From the NCBI RefSeq assembly GCF_036321535.1, contig NC_087436.1:63242001-63306000 (forward strand): a stretch of DNA of 64,000 bases. Direction: 5' to 3'. Positions 24,325-37,595 of this stretch are shown here, piece after piece. A program made the position numbers and the translations under genes. Under the pieces are notes generated by a model that had not been told where the DNA came from, searched no databases, and was given only the letters and a program-made list of their open reading frames with translations. Every line of letters begins with the position of its first letter. Position 1 is the first letter of the stretch. Source of the DNA: Camelus dromedarius (lineage: Eukaryota).

Positions 24325-25627
24325 GAGCTAACTCTATCTTGTAGCAAAATAGTATTCTATGTACGTTAATTGCATGAATGATTAAATAAAAAATGAGTGA
24401 GTTATTTATTACTTCCATTTTAATGATTAGGAAATTGAAGCCTGAGAATGTTATATGGCTTGTAAATAGCAAAGCCAGGATATGAACTAGAGCATCTGGT
24501 GATAAATCCTGTACTTCTTCTGCTACAAAATAGAATATACAACCTTATGTATTTCTATCATAGGATTATTGTGTTGTAGATTATGTGAAATGAAACAGAT
24601 AAATTGCTTAAAGGATTGCCTAATATGTAGTAGAATCTTAATGAGTCCTCAATAACTCTTACTATGCCTAAGCTCCCAGAAAACTGAAAACTCATATTTG
24701 TACTCAGTTATAATAGTCATGTCATCCTATCTCTAGAGTAATTTTATTTTTTCCTCCTTTTAAACTATGTTTGTGTCACTTTCAGGTGTGTATTTCAATA
24801 GTCCTATTTTATATGTCTATTGTTAACACAGATAGCTTAAAATTGTTAAGGGAAATAGGCAGGGTTAACAATATTTAAATAAATATGAAACTTTACTCAA
24901 TAGTGCATATTTTGCAGAATACTTTATGTACCAGACATTTAGAAAATCAAAACGCTTCTGACTGATGCAAATCTGTCTAACAGTTCATTAAATTCTAATG
25001 ACATACAATGGGAACACTGGTTTTCTGCTTCCTCAAATGCTTCTATTCAGCGGAAACTGAATCTATTTTCTCTGGCCAGACTTTTCATTTCAAAATTTGT
25101 AACACTTCTGACAGGTTTGACCCATTCAGAGTGGCGTGTCAATAAAGGTAGGACACAAATAGAAGGCTGAGAGTGTGATTTTTTTTTTCAGTTGTTAAAA
25201 CCACAGAATACCTGAGAATTAATCATTTTTATAATATGTGAGAGAAATCATATACAGTTAGACAGTGAAATTTTAAAATTTACATATAATCCTCATAACT
25301 TTGCATTTGTACACAAATTCTCCTGGATATTATTTTCCATGTAATATTTCCAGATGGAAAAACCACCACATTCCATTGCCTGCTCCAATTCCTCACTTCT
25401 GAGAAATAATAAAATACCAGACAATTATTCTTATTTATGAGTCATGTTAGAAATTATAGCAATCAGAAAATACTACATAGTGCCAATGTCAAACGTTATG
25501 TGCATGAAAGAATTCCTAGGCCATCTTGGCTTTCACCAATAAACACTGACATTCATTTATTTGCCTGAAGTGAATTTGAGTACCTGAGTATGTGTTGCTT
25601 TTTTTAAGCCATATAGTTTACCTCCTA

Positions 25628-26108
25628 TACTAGCTAATTACTGCTGCATAACAAATCACCCCAAAGTTAAAAAAAACATTCATTATTGTCATAGATCAGT
25701 TGGGTACATCTGATGATGGGGTTCAGACTTGTCTCTGCACCTGGGTTCACTTTGGGATCTGCTATCAGCTGGGGGTTTGAGTGGAGGCTGCAACTCTAGG
25801 TAAGTCAGTTTCAAGTGGTTATTGGTGATCTGGCTGTTATTGGAGAAGGCTCATCACACGGCAATGGTGGGATCCAAAAGAACACGTAGAAGAGCACAAG
25901 CTCTCTGAGATCAAATCTTGGAACTGGCACACCATTACTTTGTCTATATTTTATTGAACAAAGCAAGTTACAAGGCTAGCCCATATTAAAGAGGCGAGTA
26001 AATAGATTCTAATTTCTGATGAAACTATTGGAAGAGTAGCATTGCAAAGAATGGGTGGATATAGCAGTGGGTGGAGATTTGTGGTCATTTTTGTAAATGG
26101 TACACCAC
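25628..26108 (-). mobile_element. MaLR MLT1-type solo LTR (antisense)
   Basis: Starts 'tagctaattactgctgcataacaaatcaccccaaag', contains 'ttggaactggcacaccattactt...attgaacaaagcaagttacaaggc', ends 'acaccaca'. Confidence 0.75.
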
Positions 26109-26136
26109 AATGGCTTTCCAAGAATTTCACTGAAAA

Positions 26137-26228
26137 GGGGAGGGTATAACTTAGTGGTAGAATGCATGCTTAGATGCACGAGGTCCTGGGTTTGATCCCC
26201 AGTAGCTCCATTAAAATAAAAAAATTTT
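26137..26228 (+). mobile_element. tRNA-Ala-derived SINE (Vic-1-like, camelid) with perfect 12-bp TSD
   Basis: 'ggggagggtataacttagtggtagaatgcatgcttagatgcacgaggtcctgggtttgatccccagtagctcca' is close to tRNA-Ala(AGC) with A and B boxes; A-rich tail; AATTTCACTGAA at 26123-26134 and 26229-26240. Confidence 0.88.
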
Positions 26229-26494
26229 AATTTCACTGAATATGCTAGCTTTAGTTTTGTTTTTGTTTTCCAGTTCTTAGACTAGCTCAAAGCTGTGCCA
26301 AAATAAACTTAACATCTTGCCCCTATATACAGACTGTGTGTTGGAGGAGGACAGAAAATACTACAATCTATTCCAGATGACCGCTATTCCTCCCCTGCTG
26401 CTAGCCCCATTGCTCAAGTGTTAGTATTAGATCTGCTCCATTTCCCACTTCCCTGAGAATCCAGAAGTCACACAGTCATTGTTGGCTACCCAGG

Positions 26495-26710
26495 CTGTAA
26501 GAGCATGAACTTTGTATTTAAAGAGACCTGGATGTGAAACCCAGCCACTATCCCACTGAGTGACCCTAGACAGAGTTTATCCCCTCAGTGTCTGTTCCCT
26601 TATCCTGAAAAATGAGTTTAACAGTCCATATCCCACAGGTCTGTTGTGAGGATTTATTGATTGTAAATAGCGCAGGAGAGGGCTATTATATAGTAGGTGC
26701 TTAATACTTA
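26495..26710 (+). mobile_element. MIR SINE
   Basis: 'aagagcatgaactttg...agacctggatgtgaaacccagcc...gtctgttgtgaggattta...tagtaggtgcttaata'. Confidence 0.7.
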
Positions 26711-28360
26711 CTGATTCCCTCTATCCCCATGGTTTTCTTAAATTTTTTTCATTATAGGATATCTTGTCTCAAAAACAAAGCCCAAAATTGTTCACAAAGG
26801 AATATGCTTATAATTTTTAAATGTGGAAATATTTAGGCTGTAGAGTAAAATAAAAGAGTAAACTTAAGTCTCTATGTATTATTCTGAGGTTTATAATTTC
26901 CTTGAGGATATTTTCATGGCTTTTTCCCCATCACATATATCCCAAAAGTATATATTCCAACGATGAGTAATAAGAATAAAGAGGAAAATGCTGTTATTAG
27001 GTAGTAAGCATTCTTTGTGGATTCAAAGAATATTAATAACTCAATCATAGTCACTGTACACTGAAATGACATTATTAATCTTTTATATATTTGGGGGTCA
27101 CCTTTAATAAAGGGATATTGAAGTTATTAATACAAATGAAAAGAAAAGACATAAAAAAGTGGCATTGATTCATAGGACAGCAGAATATATTACTTGGTGC
27201 AAGGTAATTATTTAAATGGTCTCCACTTAAACTGATGAGGTTAGAACCTCCTCATTTCCACAGGTATGTCTCCTTAGCCAGGCTTTCCAAAACCCAGGAA
27301 GGGAGTGAAGAATTTATATTCCTTTCAACAGATATAATCCAGGTGAAGCATTCAATCTCAGTAATGAGATTTAAAGTCTAATTTCATTCCATCTGGGGGT
27401 GAGAAAAAGCAGATCATTTTAAAGTCACAGAGAAATGCTTGTAAGATCCTTTTCAAATATATGTCTTCTCTCATTTAAATAAACAGCCCCACATCCTGAC
27501 TCCTCTAAAGAGACCCTAAAGGCAAGGTGACTGGTAAACATCAGATTCAGACAAGTCATACAGCCAGCTATACATTATGGGAGCAACTCAACTCCCTGTA
27601 GCCTCATGAAATGGTCCATAAATCCATGCCTGTTCACTTCCTGTCAGAACTACTCTTTACAACACATGCCTAGTCTGAGCAGGTTGCTATTGTCCTGCAG
27701 TGACTCACTGACTCCTACCTTCACAGCACATTCAGACTGTTTCCTAGAACTGGCTTTTGCTATCCCAGGAGGTCTTTGCAAGTTTTCCGTCTGAGGTAAA
27801 TATCACGGCTCCTTCTACTTCTCATTGTCACTGCTGGCTCCTTTCTGATTTCTCAACTGCTTGTCTCATTTCTGACACTCATCTTGCTTGCATCTCTGGT
27901 ATTATGTATGGCCTGCTTCCATAAATTCTTGTAAAGCTTTTCCCCACGGCCTTGTCATCTATTTTGTCACCTGTATAAGCACTACATCTTGACTTCTCAT
28001 CTAACTCTGCCTCGACCACTGGCTTCTGGGAAAGGCCCGAGATCAGGGCTTCTCCTTGTCCGTTTTACCTGGACTTTCCCTGTCTCTCCAGCTGTTCTCT
28101 CTCTGTGAACAATACTCTCTCCTATGCCTGTTTTGATAAATTACATTTAATTCTTTGTGGATCAAAAGGGAGTTGCTAATTTTTTAATCACATAAGGTAC
28201 ATGTATTGTTATAAGGGCTCTCAAATGTAGAGGTCTGGTTTGTATCTCCAAAAATAGAGTAAGCGTTTATTTTCTGAAAATAAACAAGTCATTTTGATTT
28301 TAGCACTCCATTTATATGATGAGTTCCAACACTGTGTTATAAATGGGAGAGTAAATCCCC

Positions 28361-28816
28361 TTGTGGGGTCTTTAAGGGTCACTCCAAAATGACCATTGAA
28401 ATTACATGAGGAGAGGCGTATGACATTAAAGGATTTATTATCCTGTGAGGATAGGTCTTAGGGAGATACGGCATGCCCAGAGGGCTACACAAAGTCATGA
28501 GAAGCTCTAAGCTTGGTCATGGCAGGAAGGGAAGGAGCAGAGCAAGGACTCATGAGTACATGTCTGTAGTGTGGGTTCTGGGTGGGGTAGCTGCGGCATG
28601 CAAGAAGCATTTACATTGGGTAATTTGAATGTAACTGGGTCAACATGGAAAGAAAAGGAAGGACATGGGGAAATCGTCACGTGAATTGTTGCTTGAACAT
28701 ACATGTTGGAAAGGAGTACTTAGAGATAGGCAACAACTAGGTAAAAGTTCAAAACAAGCAAGGTGGGTGTCAGCACTCAGGGAACCATCAAGGCAACAAA
28801 TAATAACTCTACACCA
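28361..28816 (-). mobile_element. Old ERV LTR (antisense), family uncertain
   Basis: TG start, reverse polyA signal 'aaaggatttattat' at about 28430, GC-richer body than the flanks. Confidence 0.5.
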
Positions 28817-31800
28817 TAAATATATGAACCATTTAGCTTTCTCTCTCCTCTCTACCCTGGTTATTGTCCTGATTATATTTTGTAGAGCAACTCATTCTTT
28901 TATTTTAAAATACCTTTTTTTCTTATTAACACTATATACAACAAATTTAAAGATATACATTGAAGAAAGGAAATATTCTGAGCAAAAATCCTATTTTCTA
29001 TACTGAAAATAGCATTGGCAACATTTTGTTGTGGGCAAATGTCTCAATAAAATAATGAAGTTGTTACTTTCTCTTCTGCTGGCATTAAACAAGTCAATTT
29101 AAAATATTCAGACCCATAAAAAAGACTCTGCCAGAACTGCTGTCTCTCACTTTGAAGGCAAAACTGTTCCCTTAAAGACCTAAACACTTTTTGGAGATTT
29201 AACAGTGTTATAATATCCATAGGAGACTGGCAGTGACCATTTCATTTCTCTAAGGAAATCAGAAGGCTATCTGTGTCTTCAGCTGTGCCTCACATACGCT
29301 TTTTTTCTCATATGCTTTCTTTCTCAATGGCTCTTTATTTGCTATTCCCACATTTGAGCATTATTGTCCAAAACTGTTACATAGTTTGTTCCTTCATTTC
29401 ATTCATTGAGTTGTTTTTATTTTAAGTGCCACCTCAGAGAAGCTTTGGTTTATTACCTTATGGGTAGTAGCCCCTTTCACTTCCTATCTTCTCAATCTAA
29501 TTAATTTTTTCAAGGATTTGCCATTACTACACATTACTATACTCACACACACACAAACATGCATACATGTGTATGGTGTTATTACCTATACCCTACAACA
29601 GATTGTAAACGTCAGTGGGGCAGAAAGTCTTACATGGAAGAAAAGGTATCAAGTAGGTTTATCAGCAAACACACACACACAATAGTACAGGAAAGTCCTT
29701 TTTGAGGGTTGAGTCCTTGATACTTTACATAGCAGCAGCCATGCTCATAGACAACTTCCTGAATAGGTGATTAGGATTGCTAGCCAAAACCTCCCTGCAC
29801 GCGCAGCTAGGCAAAGGTGTCAGCTATGCTGTAAGTTAGTACTATGCTAAGTCCTTAAATAAGTTTTCAGGCCAGTCAGAATGGTTTCCTGCAAAAAAGC
29901 GATATTCAGTGAGTAGAGAGTGACTAATATTTTGTAGTTAGTGAATTTAACAAAACTACTAACAATTTTTAAATTATTAATGGAAAAAAGTTACAAAGAG
30001 GTGGTCAAATATTGAAGGAGGTAACTAATTTTTAATGAGAGTAATTACTACAGCAAAGGGTACACCCCACAATTATACCTATGCTTTATGACACAATAGT
30101 TACTATTAATTTTTCTAGGGCAGTTCCAGTAGCAAACTTTTTAAAAAATTTCTGAAGGTACACTTGCCTTCTCTGAACATTTGTCCTAAGTTCTAACTTA
30201 GAAAATAATAGGTGTTAATATAAGAAATGCTAACAATGAAGCATGCTTTAATAGAAGGCATTCTTAGAAGTTATTTTCAGATTTTTCTAATTGCTTTCAG
30301 CTCATTGAGTAAAAGAATAGAGAATTAAAAGTAAGAATTCTACCCACATTGTAACTATTTAAAAAATTATCTAAATCTTATAGCTCACCTTGTAGTACAA
30401 AAATATATTAATTTTATTATTCCACTCATATTTGTACAGTAGAAATAAATAGAACCATGACTCATCAGAAAATATTTAAACCAATCCTATATTTTAGAAT
30501 TGTGTCAAGCCTTCCTGAATCTCTTGTACACACTCATGGAATATGAATTTAGTTATGAGCTCTGTGTTCTTCACCTTGACCCTGAACTAACTCTGAAAAA
30601 ATTCTGTTTGAGAATAAATATATTAAGACATTGTGAGAGAATAGACCTCCTTTGTTCTAGATGAATTGCATGTGTTATTTTAACTGTAGTTTTAATAGTT
30701 TATTATCAAGTTGTAATTATATAAATCTGAGACCTATATGTAGAGTTTTAGGCAGAGATATTCATGATACTAAGAACCTGTGGAGGTAACTATAGTAGGT
30801 GACCATAGGTGGTTTGAATCATTGGTAGAGTCTGAGAGTGGCCTTCGTCCATCTTCTGTCAATGAACTCAGAATTGAAGGTCCTCAGAAACTTGAGAATG
30901 AGGTAAAAAAAATGGAGACAGTTTTGTCACAGCTTGTAGGTTTTGAGTAGATTTCTCCATTAGAGTATATGTGGTACATGATTCTTTGTGAAATGACCTT
31001 TCGGTTATTACCTGAGAATAGAGAATAATAATTTGTATCTTGTGAAACAATATTTTTATTGGGATCGAATATTGAGTTTGTTGGGGAAAAAAGTTGCCTC
31101 TGGTCAAATAAAGATAGAGAATCAGTTTAAACATAATTAAATGGGCTCTTTCACTGCAGAACTTTTTAGACCTATAATTATGCTGGTGTTAATCATGATT
31201 AGGCTACAAAATTCCATTTCATAAAGCATCATTTGCAACTAATATTCTGAAGAACACAGTTTGCAAAGGCCCTTACTTAAAACAACAAGAGAATAATGCT
31301 TTACTTCAAAGTAGAAGTAGACTTTAAAATAATGGTCAGTCAAAACCTTACAGGAAAGCAAAATGGTACAAAGATAAATGAGTAAGTGATAGGATTACAG
31401 AGACCGACACTCAGCATGGACCTGAAAGTAAAGAATATATATATACTTAGATGTGGTTCAGTATGCTGACTGTCACAGAAGCACAAATCTAGATGCAAGG
31501 ATAGTAACGCAAGACACAGAGTTATGAGAAGGGAAGTCTCATGCAGGTCTTCATTTAGCGATTAAGCAAATATTTATTTAGCACCTGAGATGTGTAATAT
31601 GCTGCTTTAGGTGCTGTAAATTCAGAGAGGAGCATGACAGACAGGACCAGTAACACCTAAATTCACTTAAAACAAATCTAAATACAACTCAGGAATGACC
31701 AATCTGTTACTTTTTTATATTTCTGGCACTAAGTAATTCTTCAAGTGATTCTTGATTTACTCACTATTTGTCACGATCTTTTAGTTACCAGCATTAAACC

Positions 31801-34800
31801 CTCTTAAAAATACAAAAGGTTGAGTATTCACTTTTTAGAATAGTCATTAGAGGAGAAATAGACATCCTACTTCCTGTTCTTTAGCAGCCTGTCAGCCTCT
31901 AGGCACAGGTCAGAGACTCAAGTGCAAAGGAAGAAAGTGGAAATTTGGAAAGAAAGGCAAAATGAGGAGAGTATCTGAAACCTATATACATACATAAATA
32001 TATATTTTTTTCTCATAAAATATTTCTAAATATATTTTCTTTAAAAATACATATATTTCCTTAAAAAAAAAAAGAAAACTACAAAATGAGGTTGATTTGG
32101 AATTGGTCCTGGGGAGGATACTTGGGAGCAAGAACCCAGCCTGTCTCTAGGGGCACACTCTCCATCTGTTACAATTTCTAGGATGTGCTGACTCAGTTAC
32201 ATTAGTGACTATTTTTCATTTTCAGGGTGGAAAGAAATTCTTCTGTTTGTTATTAGATTAACTGTAGAGAATACTGGAAAATTATCAGAACTGTAAATTA
32301 TCATCACTCCTGAATCGAAGTGATGATTATATCATCACTAAATAACTCTTTGCTGGGTTTTGAATGATTTTCAGTCCCTTGGTGATTTGTAAATTAGACA
32401 TTACAGTGCCTAGTCCTCATAATATGAACTGACAGTACAAGAGAGAATACTTGAAGATTATGTATTTTTTGTTTAATGTACCAAATGTCACCTGTCAGCA
32501 AAATATATGCCTGTAATCAGTTAGATAAGAAGTTAGTAAGGATCTTTTGAGTAGGTTGAACCATATAGTTTCCTGCTTTTTCAAAATACAGTTGAAAGGT
32601 GTACCTGCATGTTAGAATCATAAAAAAAAAAAAACCCTGCCATTTAAAGCCACTCACTCAAAGCATGAATATACTAACAAAACATGGGCAGAAATCAAAA
32701 GTTTAGAATTCCTTTATTGTGCTGTCATGAAGACAGACTTTTGTTTAAAAAGAAAATACAGTGGAAAACATAGTTCTTGTTACCAGATCCTGTAACAATG
32801 CTAAAGGATGTTTGCATTTTTTGCAAAGACCATGGACTATATAGTGCCAGGGCTCTAAAAATTGTGACAGTCCAAGTGCTAGCAAATACACAGGACTTAA
32901 TATCATGAAGCTTCACATAAAACGAGAAAAGAAAAGTGTGGTCGATGTTTCCTTTTTCTGTTACTTATATTTTGACTCTCTCCATTTTCCTTAGCTATCA
33001 AGCATGCATATACACACTTAGATTCAGACTTCAGTAAGTTGAAAATTTAAATCATGCATGTGAGTCAGGTATAGGCTGACAATGACTTTTTTTGTCTGCC
33101 AATACTCACTACTGCTTGGTGATGACTAAAATAAATAAATAAAATCACTGTATTTCACACATCCTTCACATATGTAGTCTTCCAATGACCTCAGTGGCTC
33201 ATCTACTCTAGTTTAGATGATCCAAGATCACTATAGACATTTTTTTTAAATAATTATTTTCATTTTCTAAAAATATGAAACATCGGAATTGGAAAATAGT
33301 AACAAAGAAAGCAAAATAAGTTTTTTTTTAATGTTGCAAAGATTTGTGTTTTCCTCCTACAGTCTGTTATCAATTTTCTCCCAAAAAATTTGCTGTTGTA
33401 GGAAAAATTAGAAGAAAAGAAAGTTATAGACAGTGATTCTAACTTTGTAGTGATATTCCAATTGACTGTATCACTAATGCTAGAAGAATTTTGTTAGTAG
33501 ACCAATCAAACTAATTATGTTTTGTCACAGATATTTCCAGTAGTTAAATTGAACATATAATAGATGAGGTTCACATGTTAACAGCTCCTCCTGTCATCGC
33601 TTACTTCTGAATGCCCATAAGACAGGAGATGCACTTAGACTTAGTGGCTATATATTACAACTGTGCAGCTCCCTCCTTAATAGAGTCAATGATCTGAACA
33701 CAGCCCAGTGCCACAAAGCAGAGGCTGGCATTCATTCATCTTATGTTTACTGGAGTCGACTATGTGCCTTAGCACCATGCTAATCATAATTAGAATATAG
33801 GCACTGTGGGGTGAAATCAGATAGTGAGATAAGTAGTTGGAGGAAACAACGTGAAATGAAAACAGGTCAATTCAAACCAATAGAAAAAATATCAGTACAA
33901 TTTCTGGATTACGTGTATATGAATAGAAACACATAGCTCAATTTTTTTAAGTTCATTTGTTAAAACAGTTTTTATTTGGAAGTAGGCATGATATGATTTC
34001 AGTATTAAAGTGTTTAGCTTTATAATTATTAAATGCTTTTATTTTTATTTTAAACATTTAACCAAAAGGATATTTTTCTAATGATCACAGAGATCTAAAT
34101 TCTTTTAGGGGATATAGAGTGTTATATACTCATTAGTTATACTCTGTGACAATACCAGACATTTAAAAATTATTGCAACTATTTGCCTAGCCACAAAATT
34201 ACCTGTCAAATTTGAATGCTTTTAAATTATTTGTATAATTTTAATTTTCAACTATTGCCACTTCCCACTAGCCTTGAGTGACCCCTTTATAAGGCCCTTT
34301 TTCCCTCTGCTAATATGTTACTTCTTGGGCTGAAAGGCCAAATCATCACACATATTAGAACTGTGTATAAAATAAAATAGACCTCAAGCAATATCCAGAA
34401 AGAACCCCTTGTAATAAAGAATAAGCTATTCCATCCATTGACTCTGTGACACTAATATTTCTTAACCAACTTATATTTTTTATTGATTGGTACTTAATTG
34501 CATTCATAAAGGAGATTTGCAGATTTATAAATTTCAGATAGGTGAGGTGTTATAAGATCTTTTACAGAAACAAGGGTGCCATGTTTATTTATAAATGAAC
34601 GTGATCATTGCAGAATAACTATAAACTGCTTAAATAGTAAAGAGTAATCTTACCACTTATGTGTGTGCAGGTGTGTGTAAATACCTACTCCGTGTTTTAA
34701 ATGAGCCTGGTGGATTGAGTAAGAAAAAATATACACATGGTCAAGAGACTTACTTATAGGTCCTTTAATGAAACTCTATTCTGAGAAAGATTTTTTAAAA

Positions 34801-34829
34801 TATACAAGTTGGACTCTCTGAAGTTCTTT

Positions 34830-35355
34830 ATGTACCATTTATAGATACCATGATCTGGCCTCAAATACACCTGTGCCTCTGTCTCATCCTATCATCCCTT
34901 CACCATGCCTTCCACCTTATAACAAAGCACACCATTAAACCTCGGTCCCTGTTGCTTGTTTCCTTTTATTTGCTGCTATCTTGCCCGTGTTTACACTGTT
35001 CTCATTATTGAAAGCATTTGTCATTACAAGATGTCATCTTCATCAGTTTAAACTTTATCCATCCTTTAGTACAGCCCCAATGTCAGGCTTCCCAATAAAT
35101 CATTCCAAATGTCTTTACTCAACATTAATCCCACTCTCTTCTGGGTTACACAGCATTTTGTTTGTATTTTTAGTACCACATATATCAATTCACCCAATAT
35201 TTTATATTTGTATCCATATCTGTTTCACCTGATGGGTATAAATTTTAAGGTCAATGGCCATATCTTGTTTATTTCTATTTACACAATACTACCAAGCATA
35301 GTGTCTTGCCAAAAGTAGGTGCTCAATAAATATTTGTAGGACTGCATTGAAATGA
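34830..35355 (+). mobile_element. L2 3' region
   Basis: Ends 'caagcatagtgtcttgccaaaagtaggtgctcaataaatatttgtagg'. Confidence 0.75.
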
Positions 35356-36514
35356 GACAACTGAATTAGCTCAAGGTTGGTATGCATTGTTTGTCTACTG
35401 TTCAGTAGACCTTGCTCTTGATTTACAACATTTGTCTCAGTTTTTGCTGTAGTTGAAAGCTGATATACTCTTAACTTAGCTCCATCTAAGTAAATTGGAG
35501 AGTGACATTTATTAATATTTGCATAGCTCAAACGCAGTTCATGCTGTGCAAAACACTCTACAAATTGGAAGTGCTATTTAAAAATAAAAGGATGTATAGT
35601 GACTTAAAGTGCAGCAACTTGGCACAATCAACACATCTCTTGAATTTTTCAGTGTTAAATTATAAGAAAGAAGCACCTGTTATACATCTCCTGAAACAAT
35701 GGGGCACAGTTTTATTTGCAAATGGTGACATTGTCTTGTTAAAAGAAAAATCTAAGAACAGTTGCTAGGGATATTGTATGCACTCATGGTGTCTATGGAA
35801 ACAGTCTGCACAAAATGTGTAATGAGGAATAAAGAGATACCTGGAAGAATGCCCAGTGTCAGAAAGACAATGAGAATATAACTTTTCAAAATTTATAAAA
35901 AGCAAAAGTAGAATAAGAAAATACACATACCTAGTGCCTTTGGGTGCCAGCAGAAGGGTTTAATTCTAGGAAAAAAATAAAAAGAATAGTAAAACAAAAA
36001 CGATTTTTTTAAACCTTGCTTTGATTTACTAACACATTACTAAAATTAGAAAAGTAATGTGGCCCCGGCTTCTCAGATGCTCATCGAAGTGACCCATGCT
36101 TGTGTATTATCTATAAACTATGCAAGAATCTCCTCATGTTCTGAAACAGCAGCACTTATATTTCAAAGATAAGGGAACACAATTATTTTCTTTTTGAAAT
36201 GTTGAACCCTGGCACATCTAATGATTCTGGACTTCATTAATTAGAACAGAATGCCATATCCTTGACCAGGCATCTAGTAGCTCACTTTGGTTGATATAAA
36301 TGAATCTTTGTCTGAAAGAATGGCTATCATTTAGAGAAGAAATAGATTTATCACTTGTCCTTATTTAACTAATGGCATCAAATGCAGTATTTCCACAGAA
36401 TTTCATCTGTCTCCAAATGATGGTATGAACACAATCGGACCTTTAAAATTAAAAAAAAATCTATTAGCAGTTGGTTTGGGTATAGTAAAGATTCTGAAAT
36501 AATGTATTATTCAT

Positions 36515-36720
36515 TGATTAATTTAATTTTAGAAAATTACTGTTTTTTATGTGTCAGGATTAAGCACTAGAAATAAATACCAGAAATTCAGAAACACCAG
36601 AAATAAAGAATCAGATAGCCAGTTGTAAGTTTACATAGACACAATCCCTGCCTTCCTGGACCTTACACATTAATGAGGAAGAGAGATCTTCATCAAACAA
36701 TCAGTAAAACATGTCAAAGA
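36515..36720 (-). mobile_element. L2 3' end
   Basis: 'ttcattgattaattta...tatgtgtcagg...acacaatccctgccttcctggaccttacac'. Confidence 0.55.
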
Positions 36721-37079
36721 TAGTCCTGAAAATGATACATCAGTATGTATTTTCAGCTAAAAGAGAGAACTTTAAGAGATTATATGTGTAGGAAAAATAT
36801 ACTTTGTGTTAATATTTTAAAAACAACAATAATTACTTTTCCACTATGGAACAATTAGAAAACATTTTAAAATACCTTCCATGCTGAGTTTCTTCCGTTT
36901 TATATGGTATTTGAAAAAAGAACTTGATTCCTGGTCACAGAGGGATATCTATAGATTTATATTTCGGGTAGCAGTGCTCTTGTTCTCAATTCACTCAGTG
37001 CTGAATAGCATATGTAGACTATATAATACTTTATTTTCCGATTTGCTAAGCAAATTCTTTAAATTCAAGAATTATTTAA

Positions 37080-37428
37080 GAATAGACGGGTCTTTTATAA
37101 ACACTCAGCCAATAGAACAACTCAATCGACCAGAACAGTGGACAGTAAACAAGAGAGGAGGGAAAATGTCGCACAAAGTAGCTAAGATTGGAGAAAATAA
37201 GAATTAAAATCCCTAGGGGCCAGTTGGGCCCTGTTCAAGTCCATTAGTTCAGGAAGAACTACTGGAGTTCAAACCGATCAATCATTTCTCACTCAACCTC
37301 ATGGGGTCAAACTCTTCCCTCAATTACACGCACCTAACTTTCATTCAAGTTGCAGGGAGTTATACACACATTCAGGAGGGCAGGCTCTGGCCCCGCACAT
37401 TGAATAGGGAGTAATTGATGGCTCTCTC
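37080..37428 (+). promoter_or_regulatory. Putative Pol II promoter (non-CpG-island)
   Basis: Repeat-free segment with CCAAT box (AGCCAATAG 37107-37115), EBF-like TCCCTAGGGG (37210-37219), PBX/ONECUT-like ATCAATCA (37277-37284), homeodomain CAATTA (37321) and TAATTG (37412), TATA-like TTGAATAG about 29 bp upstream of an Inr-like TCACT (A at 37429), and a local rise in GC and CpG. Confidence 0.55.
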
Positions 37429-37595
37429 ACTGCTCTGCCTGGCTCGGAGAGCACAGCCGGCAGCCGCAGCCAACAACCCTAAGCAGAGCAGGAGGGTGCT
37501 ACAAACCCTCCGCAGCCTTGAGTGCTGTACCAGAGCTTTGGCAGCTGTTCTTCACTTCAAGATCCAAGAAGGTCCACTTCACTAAGCATTAAGAT
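37429..37595 (+). other. Putative first exon (5' UTR) of an unidentified gene
   Basis: GC- and CpG-enriched leader ending at a donor AT|GTATGT (37596-37601), followed by an abrupt switch to T-rich intron-like sequence. Confidence 0.5.

Noticed and set aside
26137..26211. Functional tRNA-Ala gene
   Set aside because: Mutated anticodon loop and B box, A-rich tail and TSD indicate a retroposed SINE copy.
28265..28285. Perfect 10-bp-arm palindrome GTTTATTTTC-T-GAAAATAAAC (similar one at 55582-55608)
   Set aside because: A few AT-rich 10-bp inverted repeats are expected by chance in 64 kb of this composition.
30868..31134. Minus-strand acceptor-like site near 31012 with an 88-aa ORF
   Set aside because: No convincing downstream donor and no recognisable peptide in any frame.
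36881..37207. 108-aa ATG ORF just upstream of the putative promoter
   Set aside because: No recognisable homology, lies over promoter-type motifs, consistent with chance.
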